The translations under genes were made by a program, and so were the position numbers. A DNA stretch of 64,000 nt. It comes from a virus. Its lineage: Duplodnaviria > Caudoviricetes. Location: IMG/VR virus record IMGVR_UViG_3300025120_010521; one strand, written 5' to 3'. Below the pieces are notes generated by a model. That model worked only from the letters and a program-made list of their open reading frames with translations, was not told where the DNA came from and did not search any database. Shown one piece after another: positions 1 to 8,087 of the stretch (positions are counted from its first letter, which is position 1; the number at the start of each line of letters is the position of its first letter).

Positions 1-814
1 TTACTGAATCCATTGTTAGATCCAAGTAGTGACATCTGGACATAACTGCCTGCAAGTGATCCTGTAGCTTCTTTGACTTAACATAATCAAACTTGATGTT
101 GGTGATCATTATCACACTACCTTGGAATTCAAATCTATCCGGCACACCCTCATTGGCAAGTACTCTGGATTCTGTATTCCAACTTATGTAACGTTTCTTA
201 CTGCTGTCTAGTGCGGCCTTCAATATGTTTAGTGCTACATCATCAAACAGGATACTGTCACAGTCATCCAACACTAGTATGTGTCCTGGGGATGAAAACT
301 TGTACAGTTTCTGATACAAACCAATGGCACTCATTGCACCACGTACGATCTCAAACTTAGGCTTGCTTTCAGATATCTTGTCAAAGATGCCTGCTTCGTT
401 TAGTTTCTCTTCAACACCATATGACTTACCAACTCCTGGAGGTCCTGAAACTATCATTGCTCTAACAGTTCCTTCCATAGTCGCTTCCGTCATTGTGTCC
501 AAGATATCAAAACGTTCTCTGATTCTCTCAATGGCCTTCTCTTCTGTTTCACCAGGAGCATTTAAGTTAGTAGACGAAACTGACTTTTCAAACTCTGTTT
601 CGTTAACAAACTCATATGACTTGGGAGACTCACATCTGATCTTAATGTTACGATCTGGAAAGCCTTCTATCTTGCTGGAGTCAACAGTAACGAAGCCTCC
701 TTGCTTGTCTGTGGCAAATGCATTAACCAATGGAAACATGGTTCCTGCTACGGATGTCTGCTTACCTTTTATTCTGTAAGCGCCATCTACGATCTTTATA
801 AATGTATTTTGCAT
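1..814 (-). CDS. AAA+ ATPase, phage early type (3' end runs off the window)
   Basis: Manual translation from ATG 814: MQNTFIKIVDGAY...; Walker A GPPGVGKS, Walker B ILVLDDCD, sensor-like VIMITN; no stop before base 1, hence absent from the ORF track; early promoter at 847-874. Confidence 0.85.
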   Translation of the reverse strand, partial: MQNTFIKIVDGAYRIKGKQTSVAGTMFPLVNAFATDKQGGFVTVDSSKIEGFPDRNIKIRCESPKSYEFVNETEFEKSVSSTNLNAPGETEEKAIERIRERFDILDTMTEATMEGTVRAMIVSGPPGVGKSYGVEEKLNEAGIFDKISESKPKFEIVRGAMSAIGLYQKLYKFSSPGHILVLDDCDSILFDDVALNILKAALDSSKKRYISWNTESRVLANEGVPDRFEFQGSVIMITNIKFDYVKSKKLQDHLQAVMSRCHYLDLTMDSV

Positions 815-878
815 AGTGTTCCTTTCTTTGCAATTGTTATATTATTATATTAGCACCGTTCTAGGATCTGTCAACCGT

Positions 879-2075
879 TTATTTTGCTATGCAATTTGGG
901 TTGAAACTGATCGTATCATCAATACCTTTTGTCTTTCTCTTCGAGTTCCATACAGGATCATTTACCATATCAACATCAGTCACGATCTTCATCAATGTGT
1001 CTATAGCCATAGAGTCTTGATGCGTGTGCCATCTTGCGTGTGCTGGGTTGGTAGATACATTACTATTGTATTCTCCTGTGAACTCTCTGCTTAAATATGC
1101 ATCACGATCTAGTATAGCTAGGTTAACCAATTCACTTGCTTTAACTAATTTGTTCATGATGCTTTTGGGAATTTCTGCACCCCATAACTGTGCTACATAT
1201 ACATAAGCCAACGCAGAGTTATGTCCATATGAGTGATACCATTGTGCTCTTACTCCTCTAAAACTATTGTTGTTGATGTATCCATCCTTGTAATATACTG
1301 TGTCTATCTGTTTTAATCTTGTGTTGATCTCTTTGGCCGCTAACTTCTTATTGTTAGTCCAAGACGCATATAATAAGATTGGTGTACCACCATCGGCATT
1401 TTGATAAAAGCCTCTATCTTTTACTTTACCTTCTGTAGGCTTTAGAAACTTCTTGTACATCTTTTTAATATACTTGTCTACAATTTTAAATTGTTTGTCA
1501 TCCATGTATGGCTTTAACCATATAGCAGTAATCATATAATTACCAAATACATCTCTTGCAAACTGATATTCATGATATGGACATGGTGCATTAACATCAC
1601 TGTTCTTCCAACATCTAGGCTTCTTCTTAGAATCTAAATAACCTAGTGAGTCATGTAGTGTGTTGGCTTTAGCAAGTTGTACAGCCAAGTCTACCGCAAT
1701 CGAAATTGCTTTTTCATTACCATTACCAATTGCGTTGTGTGTTGCAACCATAAATGTTATTGCAGGACCTGTTATGTTCTGATGATTGACTGTTAATGAG
1801 TTGCTGTTCTTCTCGTGGTCAGCATGCCAATCATAACCAATTAGGCCTTGTACTCTTTTGATGTTGTAGCCTATATCAAATGTTGCACCACCCATTGCTG
1901 AACATTGTCCAATCTCTGTTGTATAAAAGTTTCCCGGAAACTCAATATCTTTTGCTTTTACTTTTGCATTAGCAATGCCGGGGAATAAGATTAATAATAA
2001 TAAAATAGGTACAACTATTGTCATAGGCCAAAAGTGTAAAAATTCTAGTATTTGTTTTTTAGTTTGTCTTTTCAT
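879..2075 (-). CDS. Secreted or membrane-anchored protein resembling an alginate lyase (PL5-like alpha/alpha toroid)
   Basis: N-terminal hydrophobic signal; DGYINNNSFRGVRAQWYHSY resembles the DGxxxxExxRGxRALxYHxY segment of alginate-lyase-family proteins. Confidence 0.5.
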   Translation of the reverse strand: MKRQTKKQILEFLHFWPMTIVVPILLLLILFPGIANAKVKAKDIEFPGNFYTTEIGQCSAMGGATFDIGYNIKRVQGLIGYDWHADHEKNSNSLTVNHQNITGPAITFMVATHNAIGNGNEKAISIAVDLAVQLAKANTLHDSLGYLDSKKKPRCWKNSDVNAPCPYHEYQFARDVFGNYMITAIWLKPYMDDKQFKIVDKYIKKMYKKFLKPTEGKVKDRGFYQNADGGTPILLYASWTNNKKLAAKEINTRLKQIDTVYYKDGYINNNSFRGVRAQWYHSYGHNSALAYVYVAQLWGAEIPKSIMNKLVKASELVNLAILDRDAYLSREFTGEYNSNVSTNPAHARWHTHQDSMAIDTLMKIVTDVDMVNDPVWNSKRKTKGIDDTISFNPNCIAK

Positions 2076-2137
2076 TTGTTTTTGTTCCTTCTGTTTATAT
2101 TATAATAATAGCATGATATAGGTTTCTGTCAACCACT

Positions 2138-2782
2138 TTATTTCATAAAAGTATGGTTACCTAAAGAGCCTATTCTTTCTTTACTATCTGCCCAGTGAGG
2201 ATATACCAAATTATGTGCATAATAGAATGTCGCACCATGTGTATTATCTTTGATCATCATTGAACCAACCTCTTGTATGTATATCGCAAGTTGTACTGAT
2301 TCTCTCCAAGCTCTTGCATTACCTTCAATTGTCTGACCAGTCTTTTCATAGTTGGCCCATATAACATCTTTCTGTCCATCACAATACCAACTAAATTTAC
2401 ATCTATGTTTCTTAGGATAATAAACTCTTTCAGAGTCTGCTAGGTCTTTGTGTTGTTTTGTTTTCCATGACTCTCTAACAGGACCTTGCATTACCACTTC
2501 ACAATAAGTACCAGGCCATCTTGCATCTTCAACTCTATTACGAGTCACATTACCAACGGCCGCCTTACCACCATAACTTTCAGCTCTGGCTTCGAAGTAG
2601 ATGTTTTCTGCTAGGCACATAACCTCTGCATGATATTTCTTATCAACACCTTCTTGTTCTAATTCTGTCCACAGGATGTGTTTTGCTTGTGTAGTAAGTT
2701 CAGCACCTGTTGTAGCATTAGCAGGAGCAATAGCCCAAGCTAACAAGTATATTGTAAAAAAGTAAAATATAAGTTTTTTCAT
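2138..2782 (-). CDS. Cell wall hydrolase, SleB/Hydrolase_2 family
   Basis: CLAENIYFEARAE, VGNVTRNRV, CKFSWYCDG, GATFYYA...PHWA, IGSLGNHTF motifs; signal peptide. Confidence 0.9.
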   Translation of the reverse strand: MKKLIFYFFTIYLLAWAIAPANATTGAELTTQAKHILWTELEQEGVDKKYHAEVMCLAENIYFEARAESYGGKAAVGNVTRNRVEDARWPGTYCEVVMQGPVRESWKTKQHKDLADSERVYYPKKHRCKFSWYCDGQKDVIWANYEKTGQTIEGNARAWRESVQLAIYIQEVGSMMIKDNTHGATFYYAHNLVYPHWADSKERIGSLGNHTFMK

Positions 2783-2839
2783 GTTCTGTTCCTTTTGTTA
2801 TATTAATAATATAGCATATTATAGAAACCTGTCAACCAT

Positions 2840-2879
2840 AAAAAAAGCCCCATAAACCTTAATGATCTATGAGGCTTTT
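2840..2879 (-). terminator. Intrinsic terminator
   Basis: AAAAGCCCCATA/TATGAGGCTTTT stem followed by a T7 run on the minus strand. Confidence 0.75.
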
Positions 2880-2883
2880 AAAC

Positions 2884-3080
2884 AAAGGAACTCTAATCAA
2901 CCTAAGTTTTCGAAGTATCCCGGCTTCCCGGCTCTTATGGGGACTAGTGCTATACCCCTTCATGGTTGATACTACTTCGCATCTGTTGGCTATGTTTAAA
3001 GAGTAAACCCGACCGCAACGGTCAAAACCTCTCTGATGCATTTAAAGTCTGCCGACTAATTGACCAGCACAGTCAAATTC
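2884..3080 (-). ncRNA. Candidate structured ncRNA, family unrecognised
   Basis: GC-richer ORF-free 200 nt with several stems (TTGAC/GTCAA, GACCG/CGGTC, GCATC/GATGC, GGGG/CCCC) and crossing pairs CGAAGTA/TACTTCG and ATCAACC/GGTTGAT; ends just before a terminator. Confidence 0.45.
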
Positions 3081-3083
3081 TTT

Positions 3084-3284
3084 CTACCACTCATCGTGTA
3101 TAAACCCTTCTTCATCATCTAGATCGCTGAATGGAATTGCTTCATTAAGTGCATCCTCCGAACCTGTACGATCGAAACATTGTACGCAGTTCCATTGTTC
3201 TTGATCTTCTGCATACTGTCTATCATCAAAGTGCTCTGTGGACTCTTGACATGATCCACAGAACTTCTGTTTAATTGGTCCCAT
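3084..3284 (-). CDS. Small zinc-ribbon protein
   Basis: CGSC...CVQC motifs, acidic tail. Confidence 0.7.
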   Translation of the reverse strand: MGPIKQKFCGSCQESTEHFDDRQYAEDQEQWNCVQCFDRTGSEDALNEAIPFSDLDDEEGFIHDEW

Positions 3285-3787
3285 TACGCAACCTCTTCTT
3301 TAAGACAACTTCTAGTTAAGATGTCGATGTGATCTTTAACAGCCACCTTCATGTTCTTTTCAAAACCTAGTTGGTCATGTTTTGCATAGTACCAAGTGCC
3401 TGTTGGCTTACCTAAGAAGTCCTTGTCGCCAACATCCTTCATTAGATAAATGTAGTCCTCGCATGAGTTGAAACCATTAGCAAGATATTCTGCTTCGTCT
3501 TTGTAAATTTTATATCCGCTGTTCTTCTCGCCCCTGTCTCTACCATAGTAGACATTTTGATAATCATATGTTTCAGCATCTCTATTGTCGAAGTCTATTG
3601 TGTCTCCAATAAACATTCCCCAAGTACTAGCATCTCCTAATTTGATTGCTTTAGTGACCTTGGCGCTGTTCATCCAATACTCTTCTAACTTGTAGCCAAG
3701 TCCTCCTGGGTATCCGTCCCAGTGTTGATAACTTGCTATGATTCTTCCGGACTTTTGTTGTATTCCTATTCTTGCTCTTGTTGCCAT
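3284..3787 (-). CDS. Conserved phage hypothetical protein
   Basis: MATRARIG...YQHWDGYPGGLG N-terminus; overlapping start/stop with neighbours. Confidence 0.75.
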   Translation of the reverse strand: MATRARIGIQQKSGRIIASYQHWDGYPGGLGYKLEEYWMNSAKVTKAIKLGDASTWGMFIGDTIDFDNRDAETYDYQNVYYGRDRGEKNSGYKIYKDEAEYLANGFNSCEDYIYLMKDVGDKDFLGKPTGTWYYAKHDQLGFEKNMKVAVKDHIDILTRSCLKEEVA

Positions 3788-4207
3788 TTAGGCCTCCCTT
3801 TGTTTATTATTAATAGTAGCATAGGATTCCAGTTTGTCAACCGGAAAATTCAAACTTAATTGTTTCCATAAATCGCCAGTTTGCTTCTTGGCATCTTCTA
3901 CGGCTTCCCATATCACATCATCATACCAATACTCTTCTTTCTTTTCAATTATGCTTTCAGCATGATCATCTTTGTAATACAATCCACCTAGGTTGGCATT
4001 ACCCATTTCATGTCCTTTGAAATATGCTTTTGCCCAAAAGCCAAACCATGCATCATAACCTGCATCGATTCTCTTAGCCATTTCATCTGTGTCTGTTTCA
4101 TCGCAGTACAATTCATTAGGATGTATATCTTCATAGAAGTATCCTACACGGACCTCGAAGCCATCTTTGTTGTGACGGAGATCTTTAACTTCATAGAATT
4201 CAGACAT
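3788..4207 (-). CDS. Hypothetical acidic early protein (likely start MSEFYEV at 4207)
   Basis: ORF track 3788..4222; TAATG overlap with the upstream gene favours the 4207 start. Confidence 0.7.
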   Translation of the reverse strand: MSEFYEVKDLRHNKDGFEVRVGYFYEDIHPNELYCDETDTDEMAKRIDAGYDAWFGFWAKAYFKGHEMGNANLGGLYYKDDHAESIIEKKEEYWYDDVIWEAVEDAKKQTGDLWKQLSLNFPVDKLESYATINNKQREA

Positions 4208-4557
4208 TAAGCTACCTTCCATTCAAATTCATCTGTAGACCATTCTGTGTCTTCATAATCAATACTGTCACTATCTTCGTATGGGATACATTCAGCTACT
4301 TTAACAGCTTCAAATGATTGTGTTGAGTCTGTGTTATAATCTTGTGCATAAACCTCAACCGGTTCGTTATCATGATATCCTTCTAACCATTCAATTTTTT
4401 CTATGCCACCATGATCGATAACAGCATCAACTGCCTGGTCTTTGTTTGTAGCAACCACATCGTATTCTACCCAAACATTGTAACAATGTCTAACTCTAAA
4501 CTTTTGTTTACCGATATCCTTGTGTGGATTCTCTTTACCGTATTCTTTTTTTGACAT
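4207..4557 (-). CDS. Hypothetical acidic early protein
   Basis: ORF track; TAATG coupling. Confidence 0.7.
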   Translation of the reverse strand: MSKKEYGKENPHKDIGKQKFRVRHCYNVWVEYDVVATNKDQAVDAVIDHGGIEKIEWLEGYHDNEPVEVYAQDYNTDSTQSFEAVKVAECIPYEDSDSIDYEDTEWSTDEFEWKVA

Positions 4558-4757
4558 TATGCTTCTCCTCTGTTAGAAATTAATACAGCAGACCCTGTAA
4601 CAAACATTGTAAGTCCAATGCCTGCAAACATTAGCATCTCGCCAATTGTGTTAGCCTGTTCAACGCATTTACCATCACAGTCTCCTGCGGAACCTGCCAT
4701 CATTACAATACCTACGAATACAAGTAATGTTGCTATTGTGTTTATTATAAGTTTCAT
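4557..4757 (-). CDS. Small two-TM membrane protein
   Basis: Two hydrophobic segments flanking GDCDGKC; AAAGGAAC RBS and early promoter upstream. Confidence 0.75.
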   Translation of the reverse strand: MKLIINTIATLLVFVGIVMMAGSAGDCDGKCVEQANTIGEMLMFAGIGLTMFVTGSAVLISNRGEA

Positions 4758-4834
4758 TTTGTTCCTTTGTTTTATTTGTTTATATTATTAATATAGCACG
4801 ATATAGAATCCTGTCAACCATTAATTTATCCGCA

Positions 4835-5200
4835 TTAAATGGCAACATTTTCAGTTATGCTCCATATGGGATCATCCTCATATGCTTCCCAATACAGCCC
4901 TTTGTCTGCTTCTAGTTTATACCACAGCTCTTCGATCTCCTTATATTCTGCTTCTAGGTCTTCCCTAGACATCTTGTGAAAGCCTCTAAAGCCACCCTCT
5001 AGTATATAAGTGAGAGTTGAATAGTCACCTTCGTTGAAGTCATTGTATATCTTTGATGCTTCAACTTGTAGACATCGTTCAGCCATTACATAGTGTGACA
5101 ACACCATTGCCCTACTATCTTCATAGTAGGGATCGTGTTCTTCTTGGTCGTTCAAGTTTGCAGGCAATGTGCCTAGTGGATCAAATCGTTCGTTAGCCAT
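4835..5200 (-). CDS. Hypothetical acidic early protein
   Basis: ORF track; coupled to the upstream gene. Confidence 0.7.
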   Translation of the reverse strand: MANERFDPLGTLPANLNDQEEHDPYYEDSRAMVLSHYVMAERCLQVEASKIYNDFNEGDYSTLTYILEGGFRGFHKMSREDLEAEYKEIEELWYKLEADKGLYWEAYEDDPIWSITENVAI

Positions 5201-5789
5201 TCGCTTGTTCCTCCTTTTGGTCTTCTTCCCATTGCGCCAAGTTCTCTACACAACCCATGTAGTCATCTATCAACTTGCCATCTTCTGTTTGCCAAAACTC
5301 TGAGTCTGACTTTGGTGCATCTTCGCTACACATATAACAACGGTCATCCATGTCTTCCCAAACTCCCATAAAGTCACAGCCCGGTTCATAGTAGACAGCA
5401 CGGATTGACATATCATCATTGTTGGATATGTAATGTTCGTACGCACCGATCGGTGGGGCCCATGCAGTATCAAAACCAAACACCACTCGCTTGTCACCAT
5501 CGTCTTTGCCAAACAGCTCTTCTTGTTCTTGTATAGATCCATCATAGATGTCACAATCCCATTTGGTAGACCAATTGCTTGTTCTCCAATCGTACCAATT
5601 GTTGTGTCCATCCACTACAGGTTGTTTCTTCATCACTTCATCGTCCGAAGTGCTTTGAGTATCTTCTAGCTCTTTAGGCATAGGGTAAAGTGTATTGATG
5701 AACTCTCCCTTCTTTGCACCAGCTATTAACTTGTCGACCTTTGCTTTGGGTCCTACTATTTCTATATTGTTGTTGCACCAGTTCGGCAT
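5193..5789 (-). CDS. DUF1281/YubB-like ferredoxin-fold protein
   Basis: MPNWCNN, WYDWRxxNWxTKWD, FDTAWAPP, YYEPGCDFMG motifs. Confidence 0.75.
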   Translation of the reverse strand: MPNWCNNNIEIVGPKAKVDKLIAGAKKGEFINTLYPMPKELEDTQSTSDDEVMKKQPVVDGHNNWYDWRTSNWSTKWDCDIYDGSIQEQEELFGKDDGDKRVVFGFDTAWAPPIGAYEHYISNNDDMSIRAVYYEPGCDFMGVWEDMDDRCYMCSEDAPKSDSEFWQTEDGKLIDDYMGCVENLAQWEEDQKEEQANG

Positions 5790-5890
5790 ATCTGCTCCTT
5801 TATAATTGTTTATATATTTAATATAGCATAGGATCCTATTATGTCAACCTCTTTTTGCAAATAAATGCTGAGGTTTTAATAGGGAGCGAA

Positions 5891-5914
5891 GGTGCGTTGT
5901 TTTAACGCACCCCC
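5891..5914. repeat. Hairpin at the left edge of the GR-free tract
   Basis: GGTGCGTT-gtttt-AACGCACC; core GTTGTTTTAACGCA matches 7925-7938 at 13 of 14 positions. Confidence 0.7.
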
Positions 5915-5924
5915 ATGCACATGC

Positions 5925-6353
5925 TTATGCAACTAATTTTCTATGTTTGTCTTTGCAGTATACATCCAAACTTAAATAGTCCTCACCCTGCATACCCTGT
6001 TCGCTACCACCAGCTTCCAATAGCTTGTTTGTGCGTGTGTGTATTCTCTCGTTTATTGCGTCATTTAATGCGCCAGTATATGCAAGTCCACTGCCTTTTA
6101 CATAATCCAAATGTACAGTGCCTTCCCATATACTAATCTCATTGTCCCCATACTCGTCACTACAGTCAATTGCTGTCTCTAACGTTAGCTCGTCATTTGT
6201 TACAGCACAGTCACCCCAATAGCCTGCTTCGTAGTTGCCAGCAAAGCCACCTCCTAAGTTAACACTTATGTAATAAATTTCTCTGTCATCCTCAGCGTCA
6301 GTTGTTACTGTTACGTGCTGTAGTGCTTGTAGTTGTTTTACTAATGTGTGCAT
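5925..6353 (-). CDS. Acidic, proline-free early protein (GR-free cassette gene 3)
   Basis: ORF track; GGAAGGAAC RBS and promoter; coding strand has no TC or CC dinucleotide. Confidence 0.8.
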   Translation of the reverse strand: MHTLVKQLQALQHVTVTTDAEDDREIYYISVNLGGGFAGNYEAGYWGDCAVTNDELTLETAIDCSDEYGDNEISIWEGTVHLDYVKGSGLAYTGALNDAINERIHTRTNKLLEAGGSEQGMQGEDYLSLDVYCKDKHRKLVA

Positions 6354-6412
6354 GTTTGTTCCTTCCTTTGTTATATTATTAATGTAGCATACTTGTGCAT
6401 TTTGTCAAGTGT

Positions 6413-6868
6413 TTATTTAAGTTTTTTAATAATGTCCTCCATGTCATCGTTGTTGTACTTGCCACACTTTGTACAAGCAACATCGCCGTCGCAGTTCTCT
6501 GTTACAACTTCGCAAGTCCAATCAAAGTCCCCTTCCACTCTGTTGTTAATACAATCTAAACCATCCATACCATCGTATACAAAATGTTCTTCCAACAGTT
6601 CCTTAACTTGTTCTAACGTTGTTGCTTCTCTTATCTCAGCAACAGCATCTGCAACGTACTCTTCTTGTTTATCCACAAAGTCTGCATAGTCTCTTTCGTC
6701 TATGTGTTTCTCACCGCAGTGTTTACATTTCCAATCACTACATTCGTACACGCCATCCACTATGTCTTTAATTCGCTGTGCACCTTGTTTGCTTGTGCTT
6801 ACTGTAATCGTTTCTTTGTTGCCTAAAAAATATTCTTCGCCGTCTTTGTAACTTTCCCATTTTTGCAT
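6413..6868 (-). CDS. Acidic, proline-free protein with CxxC pairs (GR-free cassette gene 2)
   Basis: CKHC and CTKC motifs; AAAGGGAC RBS; no TC or CC on the coding strand. Confidence 0.8.
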   Translation of the reverse strand: MQKWESYKDGEEYFLGNKETITVSTSKQGAQRIKDIVDGVYECSDWKCKHCGEKHIDERDYADFVDKQEEYVADAVAEIREATTLEQVKELLEEHFVYDGMDGLDCINNRVEGDFDWTCEVVTENCDGDVACTKCGKYNNDDMEDIIKKLK

Positions 6869-6883
6869 GTGTTTGTCCCTTTG

Positions 6884-7060
6884 TTATATTATAAATGTAT
6901 TGTTTTTGTATTGTGCAAACATACTTTTTATGTGCTGTTGCTTTGTTGTGTAACACATACGTGTGTCTGCTTGTAAACGCACAATTGTTTTTTCAAGTTG
7001 TGCGTAAGTTTTTATAGGCAGTTTGTAGTATACGGGTTTTGCTGTTTTACTGTTGTACAT
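6884..7060 (-). CDS. Small basic protein, 58 aa (GR-free cassette gene 1)
   Basis: Manual translation MYNSKTAKPVYYKLPIKTYAQLEKTIVRLQADTRMCYTTKQQHIKSMFAQYKNNTFII*; AAAGGAAC RBS; promoter at 7093-7120. Confidence 0.7.
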   Translation of the reverse strand: MYNSKTAKPVYYKLPIKTYAQLEKTIVRLQADTRMCYTTKQQHIKSMFAQYKNNTFII

Positions 7061-7135
7061 TATTGTTGTTCCTTTGCTTTTGTTATATTATTAATATAGC
7101 ACAATTGTGCATATTGTAAAGAGGGTAAATGCATA

Positions 7136-7169
7136 GGGGACAGTGTAATGTTGTCCCCAACATTACACT
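7136..7169. repeat. Overlapping alternative inverted repeats between back-to-back promoters
   Basis: Perfect 12-bp AGTGTAATGTTG-tccc-CAACATTACACT (7142-7169), overlapping GGGGACA...TGTCCCC (7136-7158). Confidence 0.8.
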
Positions 7170-7196
7170 TGACAGTTTGCAAAAAGATGTTATACT
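7169..7196 (+). promoter_or_regulatory. Rightward sigma70-like promoter, antisense to 7195..7545
   Basis: TTGACA-N16-TATACT with extended TG. Confidence 0.6.
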
Positions 7197-7545
7197 ACGC
7201 GGCTTTTGGAAACTCTATCTTGGTTGGTTCCCAGTAGATGCCATCATCGGAATAATGCCATTCACCCTTCATGTGTATAAACAGACCCTCAAGGTCCTCT
7301 GTGTTCTTTACACCACTTAGGCGTGTGCATAAAGGATCTCCCAAACCATCAACATGTCCGTGATCTTTTAGGTTCCACTGTGCCAGGTGTACAAAGTACT
7401 TGGCAGTTTCTAGAGTTGGTGCAACCTCTTCTAGTTGACGTGCTAGTTCCTCAGCAGTTTTCTTTTGGTACAGCGTAGAGGTAACGTCATATTCGCTGTA
7501 AGCCACTCTAAAGTTTTTTATTTGCATGTGTGCTCCTTTGTTCAT
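7195..7545 (-). CDS. Hypothetical early protein (likely start MQIKN at 7527)
   Basis: ORF track; AAAGGAGC RBS; promoter at 7552-7579. Confidence 0.7.
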   Translation of the reverse strand: MNKGAHMQIKNFRVAYSEYDVTSTLYQKKTAEELARQLEEVAPTLETAKYFVHLAQWNLKDHGHVDGLGDPLCTRLSGVKNTEDLEGLFIHMKGEWHYSDDGIYWEPTKIEFPKAA

Positions 7546-7615
7546 ATGTTTATAGTAGCACCATTACGCAATGTGTCAAGCCCCTAATTGGCCAAAAAGA
7601 TTTAAATTATTCTGG

Positions 7616-7643
7616 TTGACACAATAGGAACCTATGTTATTAT
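7616..7643 (+). promoter_or_regulatory. Rightward early-type promoter firing into non-coding DNA
   Basis: GGTTGACA-N16-TATTAT; no convincing downstream ORF. Confidence 0.7.
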
Positions 7644-8087
7644 TAATAATAAGATAAGGGAACAGAAACTTTATCCGCCGGTTGTAATTAACTAGAACCA
7701 AATAAATCTAGAAAGATAAAATCGATACTCAAAGGATGGGCCGAACTCTGACCTAAATACCATGGCACATTATATAGTCCCCCATCGACTATATCTAGTG
7801 AACCACAACAGCAGTTAGTCTGTTCTTCACGGTTAAACCATTGAAATTATTAGTCTTTTTATCTACTAGATGTTGTGTCGTGCTGTATCGATATGGCACA
7901 CACTGTAGTACCATTAAGTAGGGTGTTGTTTTTACGCAACACCCCCTCGATCTCTCATGTGCTGTTTGTTGTTTTTGTGCAACACTTTTAGACTAGTTGT
8001 TGCATTTCTGCAACACCTCTCAAAATCCTTAAATTCTGAGCTAGGTCCCGAGTCTCTGGAACCTATTCTAAACTCTCCGTTCGCCAC

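Larger units (their letters stand above)
847..7579 (-). promoter_or_regulatory. Set of sigma70-like early promoters, consensus (GG)TTGACA-N13-TGC-TAHWAT
   Basis: -35 boxes on the minus strand at 869-874, 2127-2132, 2830-2835, 3835-3840, 4812-4817, 5842-5847, 6403-6408, 7115-7120 (TTTACA), 7574-7579; all with a 16-nt spacer ending TGC. Further copies at 29577-29582, 44388-44393 and 38540-38545 (spacer not ending TGC). Confidence 0.85.

Noticed and set aside
324-779. 151-aa + strand ORF from the track
   Set aside because: It is the antisense shadow of the minus-strand AAA ATPase (1..814), which has Walker motifs, an RBS and a promoter
5889-7121. GR-free tract as general palindrome (restriction-site) avoidance, codon bias or UV mutation
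   Set aside because: GTAC, TGCA, AGCT, ACGT and CATG palindromes remain. Neighbouring early genes on the same strand have normal TC and CC. Passive mutation would not give complete, sharply bounded loss including Pro codons, although UV-related selection cannot be formally excluded
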